Positions 1 to 11,644 of a stretch of DNA of 64,000 bases are shown here, one piece after another. The DNA is from Octopus sinensis (lineage: Eukaryota): the NCBI RefSeq assembly GCF_006345805.1, contig NC_043014.1, positions 53,692,001-53,756,000 of the forward strand. Direction: 5' to 3'. The position numbers and the translations under genes are program-made. How positions within the stretch are numbered: position 1 is the stretch's first letter; the number at the start of each line of letters is the position of its first letter. The notes below the pieces were generated by a model. That model ran no database searches. It was not told where the DNA came from and saw only the letters and a list, made by a program, of their open reading frames with translations.

Positions 1-1390
1 TCCCAGAATAAATAGTTATAAATAATTATTGACCGATTTTATCATTGGGATATTTTTACATTATATAAAGTATTAAGAATATAGTAACTAGGGTCCGCAA
101 ATTAGAGGAGAGAATTATCAATGATAATGTTCCGACTTCGAATCCGCAGTTATCTCCCTTCAACGCTCGCCCTGGCCCTTTGGTGAAGCGCCAACAGATT
201 TTCATTCTGAAAATGTGGCCCAGAGAAAAGTAGTTTGGGAACCACTGCTCTAACTAATCACGAAGGCTTTGACCCTTAGTCCGTTGACTAAGCCACCAAG
301 AGAAGATAAACAAAGCAGAAAAGGAATCAATTGAGGTGGTAATGTGAGACGAAGAGAAAAAGGGAACATGTGAGAGCAAACGGGGGCATGTCTACATCTC
401 CTAAGAATGAACTGCGGCTCCGTGGAATCGCTGTACAATCTTGTAAATAGGGAAACTATTGTGTATTACAGCGATTCACGACATTGATTATCGGCTCACA
501 GCCCCTTTGCCTTTACGCCTTATCCCATTGCCTCTTCTTTCCGTACGTATTGTATAGAATTACTCAAAATAGTGTCACACATCACTATAGACGATTATAA
601 CTCGGGTGATTAGAAAAGGTGTAACAATAAACTTGATTACTTTCCGAGAATACTTTTATTCATAGTACCTGTCAATCATAATTTCTTCTACTTCACCTCC
701 TGGAGGAGAGGGGTAATCTCAGAGTTTTAGTTCGTTGGTGAAACGATTCGTTCCTGGATTTCCAACAAGGAATTGAAACTGCAGCATAAATGTTTCTGCT
801 GACTTCTTTCCATTCTCCTGTCAAAAGCACTTCAAAATTTATGAGTCATCTGTTAACCTCTTGACATTCTTGGATCAAGATCAGTTCAAATTAGAAAAAT
901 GACGAAATAACCTTGTTCTCTCGACCTACTTTCCTAAGGAAATTATTAAAAATACGGAACCCTAACAGAATTCTTTCTCTCTTTCTATCCGGTACTTACC
1001 TGTTTTCTTTCCTCAAATGACCACAGCTATCTACACCAGCAACAGAAAGTCTTTATGCATTAACAACTCGAAGTAGTTGTATACTGTGACGGTAACTAAA
1101 AGCTATTTTAATCGTTGTTTTTTTCTTGTCATTTATACCTATCGCCACTGCTTCAATTACATTCCTGGTGACCTTCGGTACTTCTTTCTAACCAACATAC
1201 AGTTGCACTGGTGTAATTGATCTTAGTAGCCTAGGCACCCGGCCTGCACATTAACACTCAATTTTTCATTCAATCCATTTATATCTATTACAGAAGTACA
1301 GCATAAACGAAGAAGCAGGTCAGTGACAAAAGCTAAAACTGGCTACAAGGGCAGCCTGTGGTTCTCGTAACTCTAAGAACAAAACCGCAA

Positions 1391-2337
1391 GGATCTTTTC
1401 CTTTTGAACGGCAGTTTTCAACACAATTTCTAGTTAACTAAACACTTTTAAACTTCGTATACTGGTAGAATGTGTCAAAATAAAACATTTTTTTCTCTTG
1501 GCTTTCTTGAGAAAATTGTAATTTGTAAGTTTAACGTAGTTTAATGTTTCGAATTTTAACCAATCAATGGCCTCTATTGAGCTAAAATCATTTGCTGCAT
1601 CTAAAACAGACAACATCCTGTCACTAACCCTAAATTTTAGCCTTTCGTTTTTTTTTTCTTAATTGTTAAATTAATTTAAGGATAACAATTAAGTAAAAAA
1701 AAACGAAAGCAATGGAAAATAATTTTAATTTAACAATTAAGAAAAAAAAAAACGAAAGGCTAAAACGAAAAATCCTATGGCCTCTATTGAGCTAAAATCA
1801 TTTGCTGCGTCTAAAACAGACATCCTGTCACTAACCCTAACCCTCACCCAAACCCTAAATTTTAGCCTTTCGTTTTTTTTTTCTTAATTGTTAAATTGAT
1901 TTAAGGATAACAATTAACAAAAAAAAAACAAAAACGGAAGCAATGGAAAATAATTTTAATTTAACAATTAAGAAAAAAAAAACGAAAGCAAAAACTCAAA
2001 ACAAAAACAAAACGAATAATTTTAGACACATGCGTAACAATTAAATTAATTTAACAATTAAGAAAAAAAAACCGAAAGGCAAAAATTTAGGGTTAGGGTT
2101 AGTGACAGGATGTTGTCTCAGTTTTAGACGCAGCAAATGATTTTAGCTCAATAGAGGCCATTGATTGGTTAAAATTCAAAAAATTAAACTACATTAAACT
2201 TACAAATTACAATTTTCTCAAGAAAGCCAAGAGGAAAAAATGTTTTATTTTGACACATTCTACCAGTATACGAAGTTTAAAAGTGTTTAGTTAACTAGAA
2301 ATTGTGTTGAAAACTGGCATTCAAAAGGAAAAGATCC
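1391..2337. mobile_element. Fold-back MITE with ~290-bp inverted arms and internal TTAGGG-type repeats
   Basis: 1391-1680 is the reverse complement of 2045-2337 (termini GGATCTTTTCC/GGAAAAGATCC); internal direct copy at 1777-2000. Confidence 0.75.
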
Positions 2338-3044
2338 AACCGGGATGTGTGTGCACGGGCATTAGAAAGAGAGTGAGGGGGAGGGATATTATATGTGTGT
2401 TTGTATGTGCGAGTGTGGAGGCGAGGGAGGGGGAGGGTATGACGATAAAATAGATAAGTGCTATGATCTGTATTGTTTGTACAAAAGGTGGTTATACTCG
2501 ATCAATCTGCAGCCTACACACACACACCCGTTTGTTATTAACTTTCGGAGAAGAGCGTACTCAATACTAGGGTAGAGATTAGTGATATTTTATTTTGGTC
2601 GAGTCAGCCTCCTCTAGGCATATAGGATTTTCAGACAAACTGTGAATGGAAAATTGATGGTGTTTGCAGTGATATATAATTTTCTATCCAAACTGTATGC
2701 TCCAATAACCTGTTCCTTCTTTTTCTACTTTTCTTCTTCTTCTTCTCTCTCTCTCTCTTTTCCTTTTCTTTTCTACTTTTCCCCTTTTCTTTCTTTCATT
2801 TTCCTTTTTCTTCTTCCTCCCACTTTTTCTTTCTTTTACTCTCCTTTATTTTTCATTTTCTTTCTATCACTTTCCTTCCCCTATCTTCGCTTTACTTTCC
2901 CTCTTTCATATCTCCTGATTTACCTCTTTCACCAGGCTTTCACATGCTATGCCTAGAAAACTACAAATGAGCAAACCCCATCAATACCTACAAACGAAAC
3001 TCAGTTTCACCTACAGGCGTACTGGATGTTCAGGCAAGTTGCGT

Positions 3045-3473
3045 TATGTATGTATGTATGTATGTGTATGTGTATGTGTGTGTGTGTATGTGTATGTATG
3101 TGTGTATGCATGTGTGTGTGCATGTATGTATGTATGCATGTGTGTATGTATGTATGTTTGTGTATGCATGTGTGCATGCATGTATGTATGTATGTATGTA
3201 TGTGTGTATGTATGTATGTACGTATGTATGTATGCATGTATGTATGCATGTATGTATGTGTGTATGCATGTATGTGTGTATGCATGTATGTGTGTGTATG
3301 TATGTGTGTGTGCATGTATGTGTGTGTGCATGTATGTATATGTGCGTGTATGTGTGCATGTATGTGTGTATGTGTCTATGTATGTATGTGTGTATGTATA
3401 TGTGTGTGCATGTATGTACGTATGTATGTATGTATGTGTGTGTGTATGTATGTATGCATGCATGTGTGTGTGT
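3045..3473. repeat. Compound (TATG)n/(TG)n microsatellite
   Basis: Seen directly; source of six spurious ORFs. Confidence 0.97.
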
Positions 3474-3924
3474 AAACAAAGGAGATCAAATAGATCTTGG
3501 CACATCCAAGTACTACTCTTGGCTAAACAGATTACACTGAAAGAAATTATTCCAGGTGATTCAGAAGTGGGTCAGTGACAAAAGCTAAAACTGGCTACGA
3601 GGGGGGCAGCCTGTGTTTCTCTTAACTCTAAAAACAAAACCAGAATCCTGCAAATTTCTATTTGTATCAAACGCATAATTGGCCATGTGTTACGCAGTGA
3701 ATTATTTAGTAAATAAAAACGAATGGATATCTCAAAACATCACTACACGAGTTTCAATAGTGTGGTATATTAACCAAATGTTGAAGTCCATTCTTAAGAC
3801 AATTTATATAAGAACCATGACGTGTGTCAACTTCGACAATTTTCTTCTGATTGAATTTATTGATTATACACAGTTATACATACATACATATACATACACA
3901 AACCTCATTACTTTTTAATATTTC

Positions 3925-4250
3925 TTAGCTCTGCCGAGGTTGACTTTGCCTTTCATCCTTTCGGGGTCGATAAACTAAGTACCAGTTGCGAACTGGGGTC
4001 GATCTAATCAACTGGCCCCCTCGCCAAAATTTTGGGCCTTGTGCCTAGAGTAGAAAAGAATATTTCTTAACTATAAGGTGGCAATGAGGCAGAATCGTTA
4101 GCACACTGGGTAAAATCCTTTGCGGCATTTCGTCCATCTTTACGTTCTGAGTTCAAATTCTGCCACGGTTAACTTTGCCTTTCCTCCTTTTGGCGTTGAT
4201 AAAATAAGTACCAGTTGATCACTAGGGTCAGTATAATCGATCTGTCAGCT
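3925..4250 (+). mobile_element. Two copies of tRNA-derived SINE family A (one partial)
   Basis: Shared motif gactttgcctttcatcctttcggggtcgataaa..aagtaccagttg..ctggggtcgat that recurs throughout the window; the second copy has A/B-box-like head. Confidence 0.75.
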
Positions 4251-4327
4251 GAAAACGCTTAAAGAAATTTAACAATCAAGTGGTTCCCCAACGTTACAAT
4301 ACGGGTGCAATTCTTATTTATAATTTA

Positions 4328-4978
4328 CTAGCAGAGAAACCCGGCCTTGCTCAGGATTAAAATAGCATAGTTTTTTTTGTTGTTTTACTTGTTTCAGTAT
4401 TATAACCCGATTTCATTCGGGTCTACTCGGGCCACATTTTAAAGATGAGGAATTCAAAAAAAAAAACAAAGAAATGAAAATTGGTAATAAAAAAAAGTAT
4501 GCCAAATGTTTAAAAAGTCTTTGAGAAGCGACTGGAGGAACCTTGCGGATGCAGATGTGAAGGACAAAGAATAAAGGGAAAATGCTGGAAAAAAAAACAC
4601 CAATCAGGTTGTTTCACAAAACTGAAATAATACAATACGACTGCACTTACAATGTTTTGGATACGATATGTGTTGCGAGTTTGACTGGCAGAGGTGGCCA
4701 GCAATGTGAAGAAGGTGGATGCAGTTGGGCTAAAAAATTGATAAACTGACAATGACTCCAGCGATGGGAGAGTAATGGGCATAAGTTCAAAAGTGTTATT
4801 GCAGGGTGTCTTTGTAGACAACGTTCCTGGTGTTGCCCGGATTAACATCCGACGTATAGTTGACCGTGGGTAAATACCTGCTGTGTCAGATTTAGGCCAA
4901 CTACTTGTAACTACTGTTCCTGTGCCTTGCCCATTGCAAAGCATACTTTTACGGAAAACTGCCGTCACGTAAATTCAA
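4328..4978 (-). mobile_element. Helitron 3' remnant (helicase C-terminus plus 3' hairpin-CTAG)
   Basis: Minus frame RQFSVKVCFAMGKAQEQ*LQVVGLNLTQQVFTHGQLYVGC*, then NTRNVVYKDTLQ*; hairpin CCTGAGCAAGGCCGGG and CTAG|T at 4328. Confidence 0.8.
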
Positions 4979-5015
4979 ATGGCATGGCAGAGGGAATAAG
5001 GCTCATGGGGGTTAA

Positions 5016-5325
5016 TAAACTGATGATTATAACATACATACACATAGCATATTATTCTTTGCATATAAGATATAAAATATAGTAATATATAAGGATACCA
5101 GTAATTATTATAAAAAAACATGAATATAAATTGGTAAAATAACTTACAGTTGTTTCAGCCAACTTTTATCTATTGGCTGAAACAGCTGTAAGTTTTTTTA
5201 CCAATTTATATTCATGTTTATTATAATAATTACTGGTATCCTTATATATTACTATATTTTATATCTTATATCTTATATGCAAAGAATAATATGCTATATG
5301 TATGTATGTTATAATCATCAGTTTA
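5016..5325. repeat. Fold-back element, ~145-bp arms, 10-nt loop, with hammerhead 3' half
   Basis: 5016-5161 is the reverse complement of 5172-5325; GAAACAGCTGTAAG lies next to the apex. Confidence 0.85.
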
Positions 5326-5437
5326 ATAAATAAAGAAGTTAACATTTTAATGTCCAAAAGTTGATGAACCACCTATTATTCTCCTCCATTTTCTTATTTG
5401 CAATATACATATATATACACACACACACACATATATA

Positions 5438-5507
<70 letters not shown>

Positions 5508-5755
5508 TATATACATAATAATATATATATATTATAGGTCAATCCAAACATGAAAACGCAAAGAGAAAACACACAACAACGTGAGGACGGGGAACAAATA
5601 TAGTATTATTGGATGCTCAGGAAGGAAGGGAAGGAGGGTTTTACGTTCGAGCAGAGCTCTTCGTCAGAAACATAGGAAAAGGAAAGATCCAGAGAAGGGA
5701 AGACGGAGGAAAAAAAAATCGCCTATGGTACACACTCAGTCACATTTTGAATGAT

Positions 5756-5804
<49 letters not shown>

Positions 5805-5824
5805 TACACACATAATATATACAC

Positions 5825-5870
<46 letters not shown>

Positions 5871-7164
5871 CATACATACATAATATATATACACATTATA
5901 TATATATGTATATACATATATATATATATATATGTTGCTTTTACATACGAGGGGATCTTATCTTTAAAACCAAGTGGTGAACATTGGTTTTGAAAAGCCT
6001 CCACTCCTATTTGCATCATCTTTACCTTTGGGCAATTTCCACTGACTTACTCCACGAGTTATTATTCTTAATTCTTTAACTTAAAAGCCCACCGAGAAGA
6101 TTTTGCTTACTATGACAATGATAATCTCAGTTCATCGATGTTTTTTAACTCATTATGTGAAACTTGTGAGAGCTACAGTATAAGCATGTTCTGGTTTATG
6201 TGTGTGTGCATGTCATTTTCGTGTATGTTTGTTTGGGTGTGGGTCTGTCTGTTGTATATTTGTATGAATGTTTCTGGTGGGTGTTTATTTTACGTAATAT
6301 GTGTACATATACACACACAGAAAAGATGCTTAAATAAAATGAGTGGGAAAAATCGTGAAAATAAGAGGGATGAGAGAAGATTGATTACACTATACGTAGG
6401 CACCTAGGGGAAGCTTGCAATCAAACCCTTCCTTTTTTAAATTTAGTTCATTTTTAACATTCTCAAGATGCCTAATTATAGTTTAGATTTAGCCTGATTA
6501 AGAGTAAAGTTAGTGTAATAATAATCTTAAAGAAACGGGTTGACCTGAACAAATCTTAATGAGAGAGTAATTGTTTAAGTGTTCACTCTCAATGTTTAGT
6601 GTTTTATATATTTTTTTACTGCGTCAGCGAACAAATATAAACACATTTGAACAAACAAACAGCACGGTGTGAATCAATTTACTGATTAAAATCAAGATAA
6701 AAATAAACAAATAAATTGACTATTAAGATTTTACTGAAAATGAGATTAGATAATATAAAGTTTCATATAGGGTTTGTAAGAGTAAGTTGGTTGCCGTAAA
6801 TTTGATTGTCTAACATCTCGGACAAAGGTCTTTTGCCAAAATGTGAGATACTGAATAATTCAACAATAGTATAGGTTAATTGATAATTTAATTTATAAAT
6901 AAAGATATGCTGGACGGCAATTTCTGTATACAGAACTTTGGTTTCAGTATTTCAGCAACAAATTCCAAATATTTAGCTGTCGTCTGTGGAAGAATAGTTT
7001 TTAAGTACATTTTTGCCATTGTCTTCAGAGACTGTACTTTACTTTCATTTCTATTACTTTCAATATAATATACTAGCAGAAGTGCCCAGCGTTGCTTGGG
7101 GCTTAATTGCTTTAAAGTACTCTTAATGATTCTACTCAATTATGATTATTGAGGCAGAGAAAAA

Positions 7165-7512
7165 AAAAATTGAGTGAGGTCGATGCCAGTGCCACTGGAC
7201 TGGCTCCTATGCAGGTGGCATGTAAAAAGCACCATTTGAGAGTGGCATTGCCAGTACCGCCTGACTCTAGTACCATCTGACTCCAGTACTACCTGACTCC
7301 AGTACTGCCAGTACTGCCCTTGTGCCAGTGGCACGTAAAAGCACCCACTACACTCTTGGAGTGGTTGGCATTAGGAAGGGAATCCAGCTATAGAAACACT
7401 GCCAGATCAAGATTGGAGCATGATGCAGCCATCTGGTTCGCCAGTCTTCAGTCAAATCGTCCAACCCATGCAAGCATGGAAAGTGGATGTTAAACAATGA
7501 TGATGATGATGA

Positions 7513-7515
<3 letters not shown>
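7165..7515 (+). mobile_element. RTE-tailed SINE-like repeat family C
   Basis: Modules gtggcacgtaaaagcacc, ttaggaagggcatccagc and a (GAT)n tail; other copies at ~9728, 18545, 46440, 49200, 63120. Confidence 0.7.
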
Positions 7516-7548
<33 letters not shown>

Positions 7549-7727
7549 ATAAATATTAGGGAATAAATCCAATTTACAGGGAAAATCAGATTTAGGATTG
7601 AATCCAATTTTATAGTAAAAATTATATAATATTAATTAGAGACAAAACCACTATTATGCAAATCAAACAAAGAAAGACTTAATCCAATACATAAAAAATT
7701 TTATATAATTAAATAAAATTAAGTTAT

Positions 7728-7773
7728 CCACTACAATTGTTTCTTGTCACTTCTAAGGACATTCATTAGGTGG
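7728..7773 (-). ncRNA. Core-mutant hammerhead motif (CTAATGA)
   Basis: Same sequence as 10437-10482 on the minus strand but with G5A in the core. Confidence 0.5.
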
Positions 7774-7863
7774 TTTTCAGACCTTCTATTCAATTTTAAA
7801 TTATGAAGTAAGTTTAAATGACTTAATTGAATAGAAGGTATTCAAGAAGGGAAGGGAAGGAGG

Positions 7864-7898
7864 GTTTTACGTTTCGAGCAGAGCTCTTCGTCAGAAAC
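7864..7898 (-). ncRNA. Minimal type I hammerhead ribozyme motif
   Basis: Minus strand GTTT-CTGACGA-A-GAGC-TCT-GCTC-GAAAC-GTA-AAAC: stems I and II pair; helix III is reduced to the palindrome ACGT. Confidence 0.7.
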
Positions 7899-7978
7899 AT
7901 AGGAAAAGGAAAGATCCAGAGAAGGGAAGACAGAGGAAAAAAAAATCGCCTATGGTACACACTCGGTCACATTTTGAA

Positions 7979-8037
<59 letters not shown>

Positions 8038-8047
8038 ATATATACAC

Positions 8048-8086
<39 letters not shown>

Positions 8087-10218
8087 CACATACATACATA
8101 CATAATATATATACACATTATATATATATGTATATACATTATATATATATATATATATGTTGCTTTTACATACGAGGGGATCTTATCTTTAAAACCAAGT
8201 GGTGAACATTGGTTTTGAAAAGCTCCACTCCTATTTGCATCATCTTTACCTTTGGACAATTTCCACTGACTTACTCCACGAGTTATTATTCTTAATTTCT
8301 TTAACTTTAAAAGCCCACCGAGGAAGATTTTGCTTACTAATGACAATGATAATCTCAGTTCATCGATGTTTTTAACTCATTATGTGAAACTTGTGAGAGC
8401 CTACAGTATAAGCATGTTCTGGTTTTATGTGTGTGTGCATGTTCATTTTCGTGTATGTTATGTTTGTGCGTGTGTCTGTCTGTTTGTATATTTGTATGAA
8501 TGTATTCTGGTGGGTGTTTATTTACGTAAATATGTGTACATATACACACACAGAAAAAGATGCTTTAAATAAAATGAGTGGGAAAAATCGTGAAAATAAG
8601 AGGGATGAGAGAATAGATTGATTACACTAATACGTAGGCACCTAGGGGAAGCTTGCAATCATAACCCTTCCTTAGTTTTAAATTTAGTTCATTTTTAACA
8701 TTCTCAAGATGCCTAATTATAGTTTAGATTTAGCCTGATTAAGAGTAAAGTTAGTGTAATAATAATCTTAAAGAAACGGGTTGACCTGAACAAATCTTAA
8801 TGAGAGAGTAATTGTTTAAGTGTTCACTCTCAATGTTTAGTGTTTTATATATTTTTTTACTGCGTCAGCGAACAAATATAAACACATTTGAACAAACAAA
8901 CAGCATTGCAATCATAACCCTTCCTAGTTTAAATTAGTTCATTTTTAACATTCTCAAGATGCCTAATTATATTTAGATTTAGCCTGATTAAGAGTAAGTA
9001 GTGTAATAATAATCTTAATTAAAGAAACGGGTTGACCTGAACATCACTAATGAGAGAGTATGTTTAAGTGTTACATCTCAATGTTAGTGTTTATATATAT
9101 TTTTTTACTGCGTCAGCGAACAAAATAACACATTTGAACAAACAAACACAGCACGGTGTGAATCAATTTACTGATTAAAATCAAGATAAAAAATAACAAA
9201 TAATTGACTATTAAGATTTTACTGAAAAGAGATTAGATAATATAAAGTTCATATAGTTTGTAAGAGTAAGTTGGTTGCCGTAAATTTGATTGTCTAACAT
9301 CTCGGACAAAGGTCTTTTGCCAAAATGTGAGATACTGAATAATTCAACAATAGTATAGGTTAATTGATAATTTAATTTAATAATAAAGATATGCTGACGG
9401 CAAATTTCTGTATTACAGAACTTTGGGTTTCAGTATTTCAACAACAAAAATAAGCACAGTGTATTTAATTAGTCAATTAGGAAAACACATTAGTTAACAT
9501 AACTGTTGCAGTGGCGAAGGGTGACAATTCCAAATATTTAGCTGTCGTCTGTGGAAGAATAGTTTTAAGTACATTTTTGCCATTGTCTTCAGAGACTGTA
9601 CTTTCATTTCTATTACTTTCAATATAATATACTAGCAGAAGTGCCCAGCGTTGCTTGGGGCTTAATTGCTTTAAAGTACTCTTAATGATTCTACTCAATT
9701 ATGATTATTGAGGCAGAGAAAAAAAAAATTGAGTGAGGTCGATGCCAGTGCCACTGGACTGGCTCCTATGCAGGTGGCATGTAAAAAGCACCATTTGAGA
9801 GTGGCATTGCCGTACCGCCTGACTCTAGTACCATCTGACTCCAGTACTACTGACTCCAGTACTGCCACAGTACTGCCCTTGTGCCAGTGGCACGTAAAAG
9901 CACCCACTACACTCTTGGAGTGGTTGGCATTAGGAAGGGAATCCAGCTATAGAAACAGCTGCCAGATCAAGATTGGAGCATGATGCAGCCATCTGGTTCG
10001 CCAGTCTTCAGTCAATCGTCCAACCCATGCAAGCATGGATGGGATGTTAACCAATGATGATGATGATGATGAATATATATAATTATATATATAGATAAAT
10101 ATATATATATATAATATATATATATATAATATATATATATATATAATAAATATTGGGAATAATCCAATTTACAGGGAAAATCAGATTTAGATTGATCCAA
10201 TTTTATAGTAAAATATTA

Positions 10219-10582
10219 TATAATATTAATTAGAGACAAAACCACTATTATGCAAATCAAACAAGAAAGACTTAATCCAATACATAAAAATTTTATTATA
10301 ATTTAATAAAATTAAGTTATCCACTCAATTGTTTCTTGTCACTTCTAAGGACATTCATTAGGTGTTTTCAGACCTTCTATTCAATTTTAAATTATGAGTA
10401 AGTTTAAATGACTTAATTGAATAGAAGGTCTGAAAACCACCTGATGAATGTCCTTAGAAGTGACAAGAAACAATTGTAGTGGATAACTTAATTTTATTTA
10501 ATTTATATAAAATTTTTTATGTATTGGATTAAGTCTTTCTTTGTTTGATTTGCATAATAGTGGTTTTGTCTCTAATTAATAT

Positions 10583-10586
<4 letters not shown>
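10219..10586. repeat. Fold-back element with a hammerhead on each arm
   Basis: 10219-10385 is the reverse complement of 10414-10586. Confidence 0.85.
10437..10482 (+). ncRNA. Minimal type I hammerhead ribozyme motif
   Basis: CCAC-CTGATGA-A-TGTC-cttagaagt-GACA-A-GAAAC-AATT-GTA-GTGG; palindromic helix III ACAATTGT. Confidence 0.7.
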
Positions 10587-10614
<28 letters not shown>

Positions 10615-10945
10615 TATATATATATATATATTATAGCCTCAAGCCGACTAAAGCCTTGTGAGTGGATTACGTACATGGAAACTGAAAGAAGACTGTTGTA
10701 TATATGTGTATATTTGTGTGTGCATGTGTGTGTGCGTCTGTCTGTATTCATACCCTCACCATTGCTAGACAGCTGATGTTGCTGAGTCTACATTCCCATA
10801 ACTTAGTGGTTCGGTAAAAGACACCAACAGAATAATTACTAGACTTACAACAAATAAAACAATAGAAAGACTATGCTATTTTAATCCAGAGCAGGCTAGG
10901 TATCTCTGCTAGTATATACGTATAATATAATGTTGTGTGTGTGTG

Positions 10946-10985
<40 letters not shown>

Positions 10986-11135
10986 ATATATATACATAAG
11001 CAATAGTTCAAGTCAGTTCTATTGATTCACTTGAATGCGGTACTTAACTTAGATGCACCAGAAACTATATGTATTAACCAAACAATAATGTGGGTGATTA
11101 TAAACGAGAAAAAAGCAACAAGAATGATTAGTTTT

Positions 11136-11221
11136 TCAGTACAATTGTTTCATACAAGACAAGCTTTATTAAAAGCTGCAAATATTGCAGCAAATACAAG
11201 TGTCCCGTACTCATCAGCCAA
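11136..11221 (-). ncRNA. Type I hammerhead motif, mirror copy on the left arm of the fold-back
   Basis: Reverse complement of 11465-11551 with an intact core. Confidence 0.6.
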
Positions 11222-11464
11222 AACACATATGAGTTCCAAGCATCCTAGTGGGTGAGGCTACACTCATGAAGTATCGGAGATAGTTCTATAAAAGCAAATT
11301 TAGGTTGTAAGCAGACTTCAAAGTTCTCAAATGAGAACTGTGCATCATCATTTGAGAACTTTGGAAGTCTGCTTACAACCTAAATTTGCTTTTTATAGAA
11401 CTATCTCCGATACTTCATGAGTGTAGCCTCACCCACTAGGATGCTTGGAGAACTCATATGTGTT

Positions 11465-11551
11465 TTGGCTGATGAGTACGGGATACTTGTATTTGCTGCA
11501 ATATTTGCAGCTTTTAATAAAGCTTGTCTTTGTATGAAACAATTGTACTGA
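11465..11551 (+). ncRNA. Type I hammerhead motif with long stem II
   Basis: TTGG-CTGATGA-GTAC...(about 50 nt)...GTAT-GAAAC-AATT-GTA-CTGA. Confidence 0.62.
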
Positions 11552-11644
11552 AAAACTAATCCATTCTTGTTGCTTTTTTCTCGTTTATATATATATACAT
11601 ATACTCGTGCACACACACATTCACACTCAAAATATATGTGCATG

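Larger units (their letters stand above)
5622..10430 (+). repeat. Tandem duplication of ~2.2 kb (copy 1 ~5622-7840; copy 2 ~7845-10430)
   Basis: Colinear near-identity. Copy 2 has an extra ~250-bp duplication (8654-8905/8906-9152), an ~80-bp insertion (~9445-9525) and many 1-nt indels. Confidence 0.92.
11101..11588. repeat. Fold-back element, ~235-bp arms, ~15-nt loop
   Basis: Arms are near-perfect reverse complements, each with a hammerhead core. Confidence 0.9.

Noticed and set aside
995-1100. Minus-strand donor CAG|GTAAGT near 1000 as an exon of a leftward gene
   Set aside because: All three frames have stops and the acceptor is weak; it could be a UTR exon but cannot be supported.
1825-1860. 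CCCTAA repeats as a true telomere or fusion site
   Set aside because: Only 2-4 degenerate units, inside a fold-back transposon.
2949-3578. Long ORFs rich in MYVC or HTYI
   Set aside because: Translations of a (TATG)n microsatellite, open on both strands.
6888-7139. 83-aa ORF repeated at 9477-9698
   Set aside because: Spans a Helitron end and duplicated AT-rich DNA; no recognisable protein.
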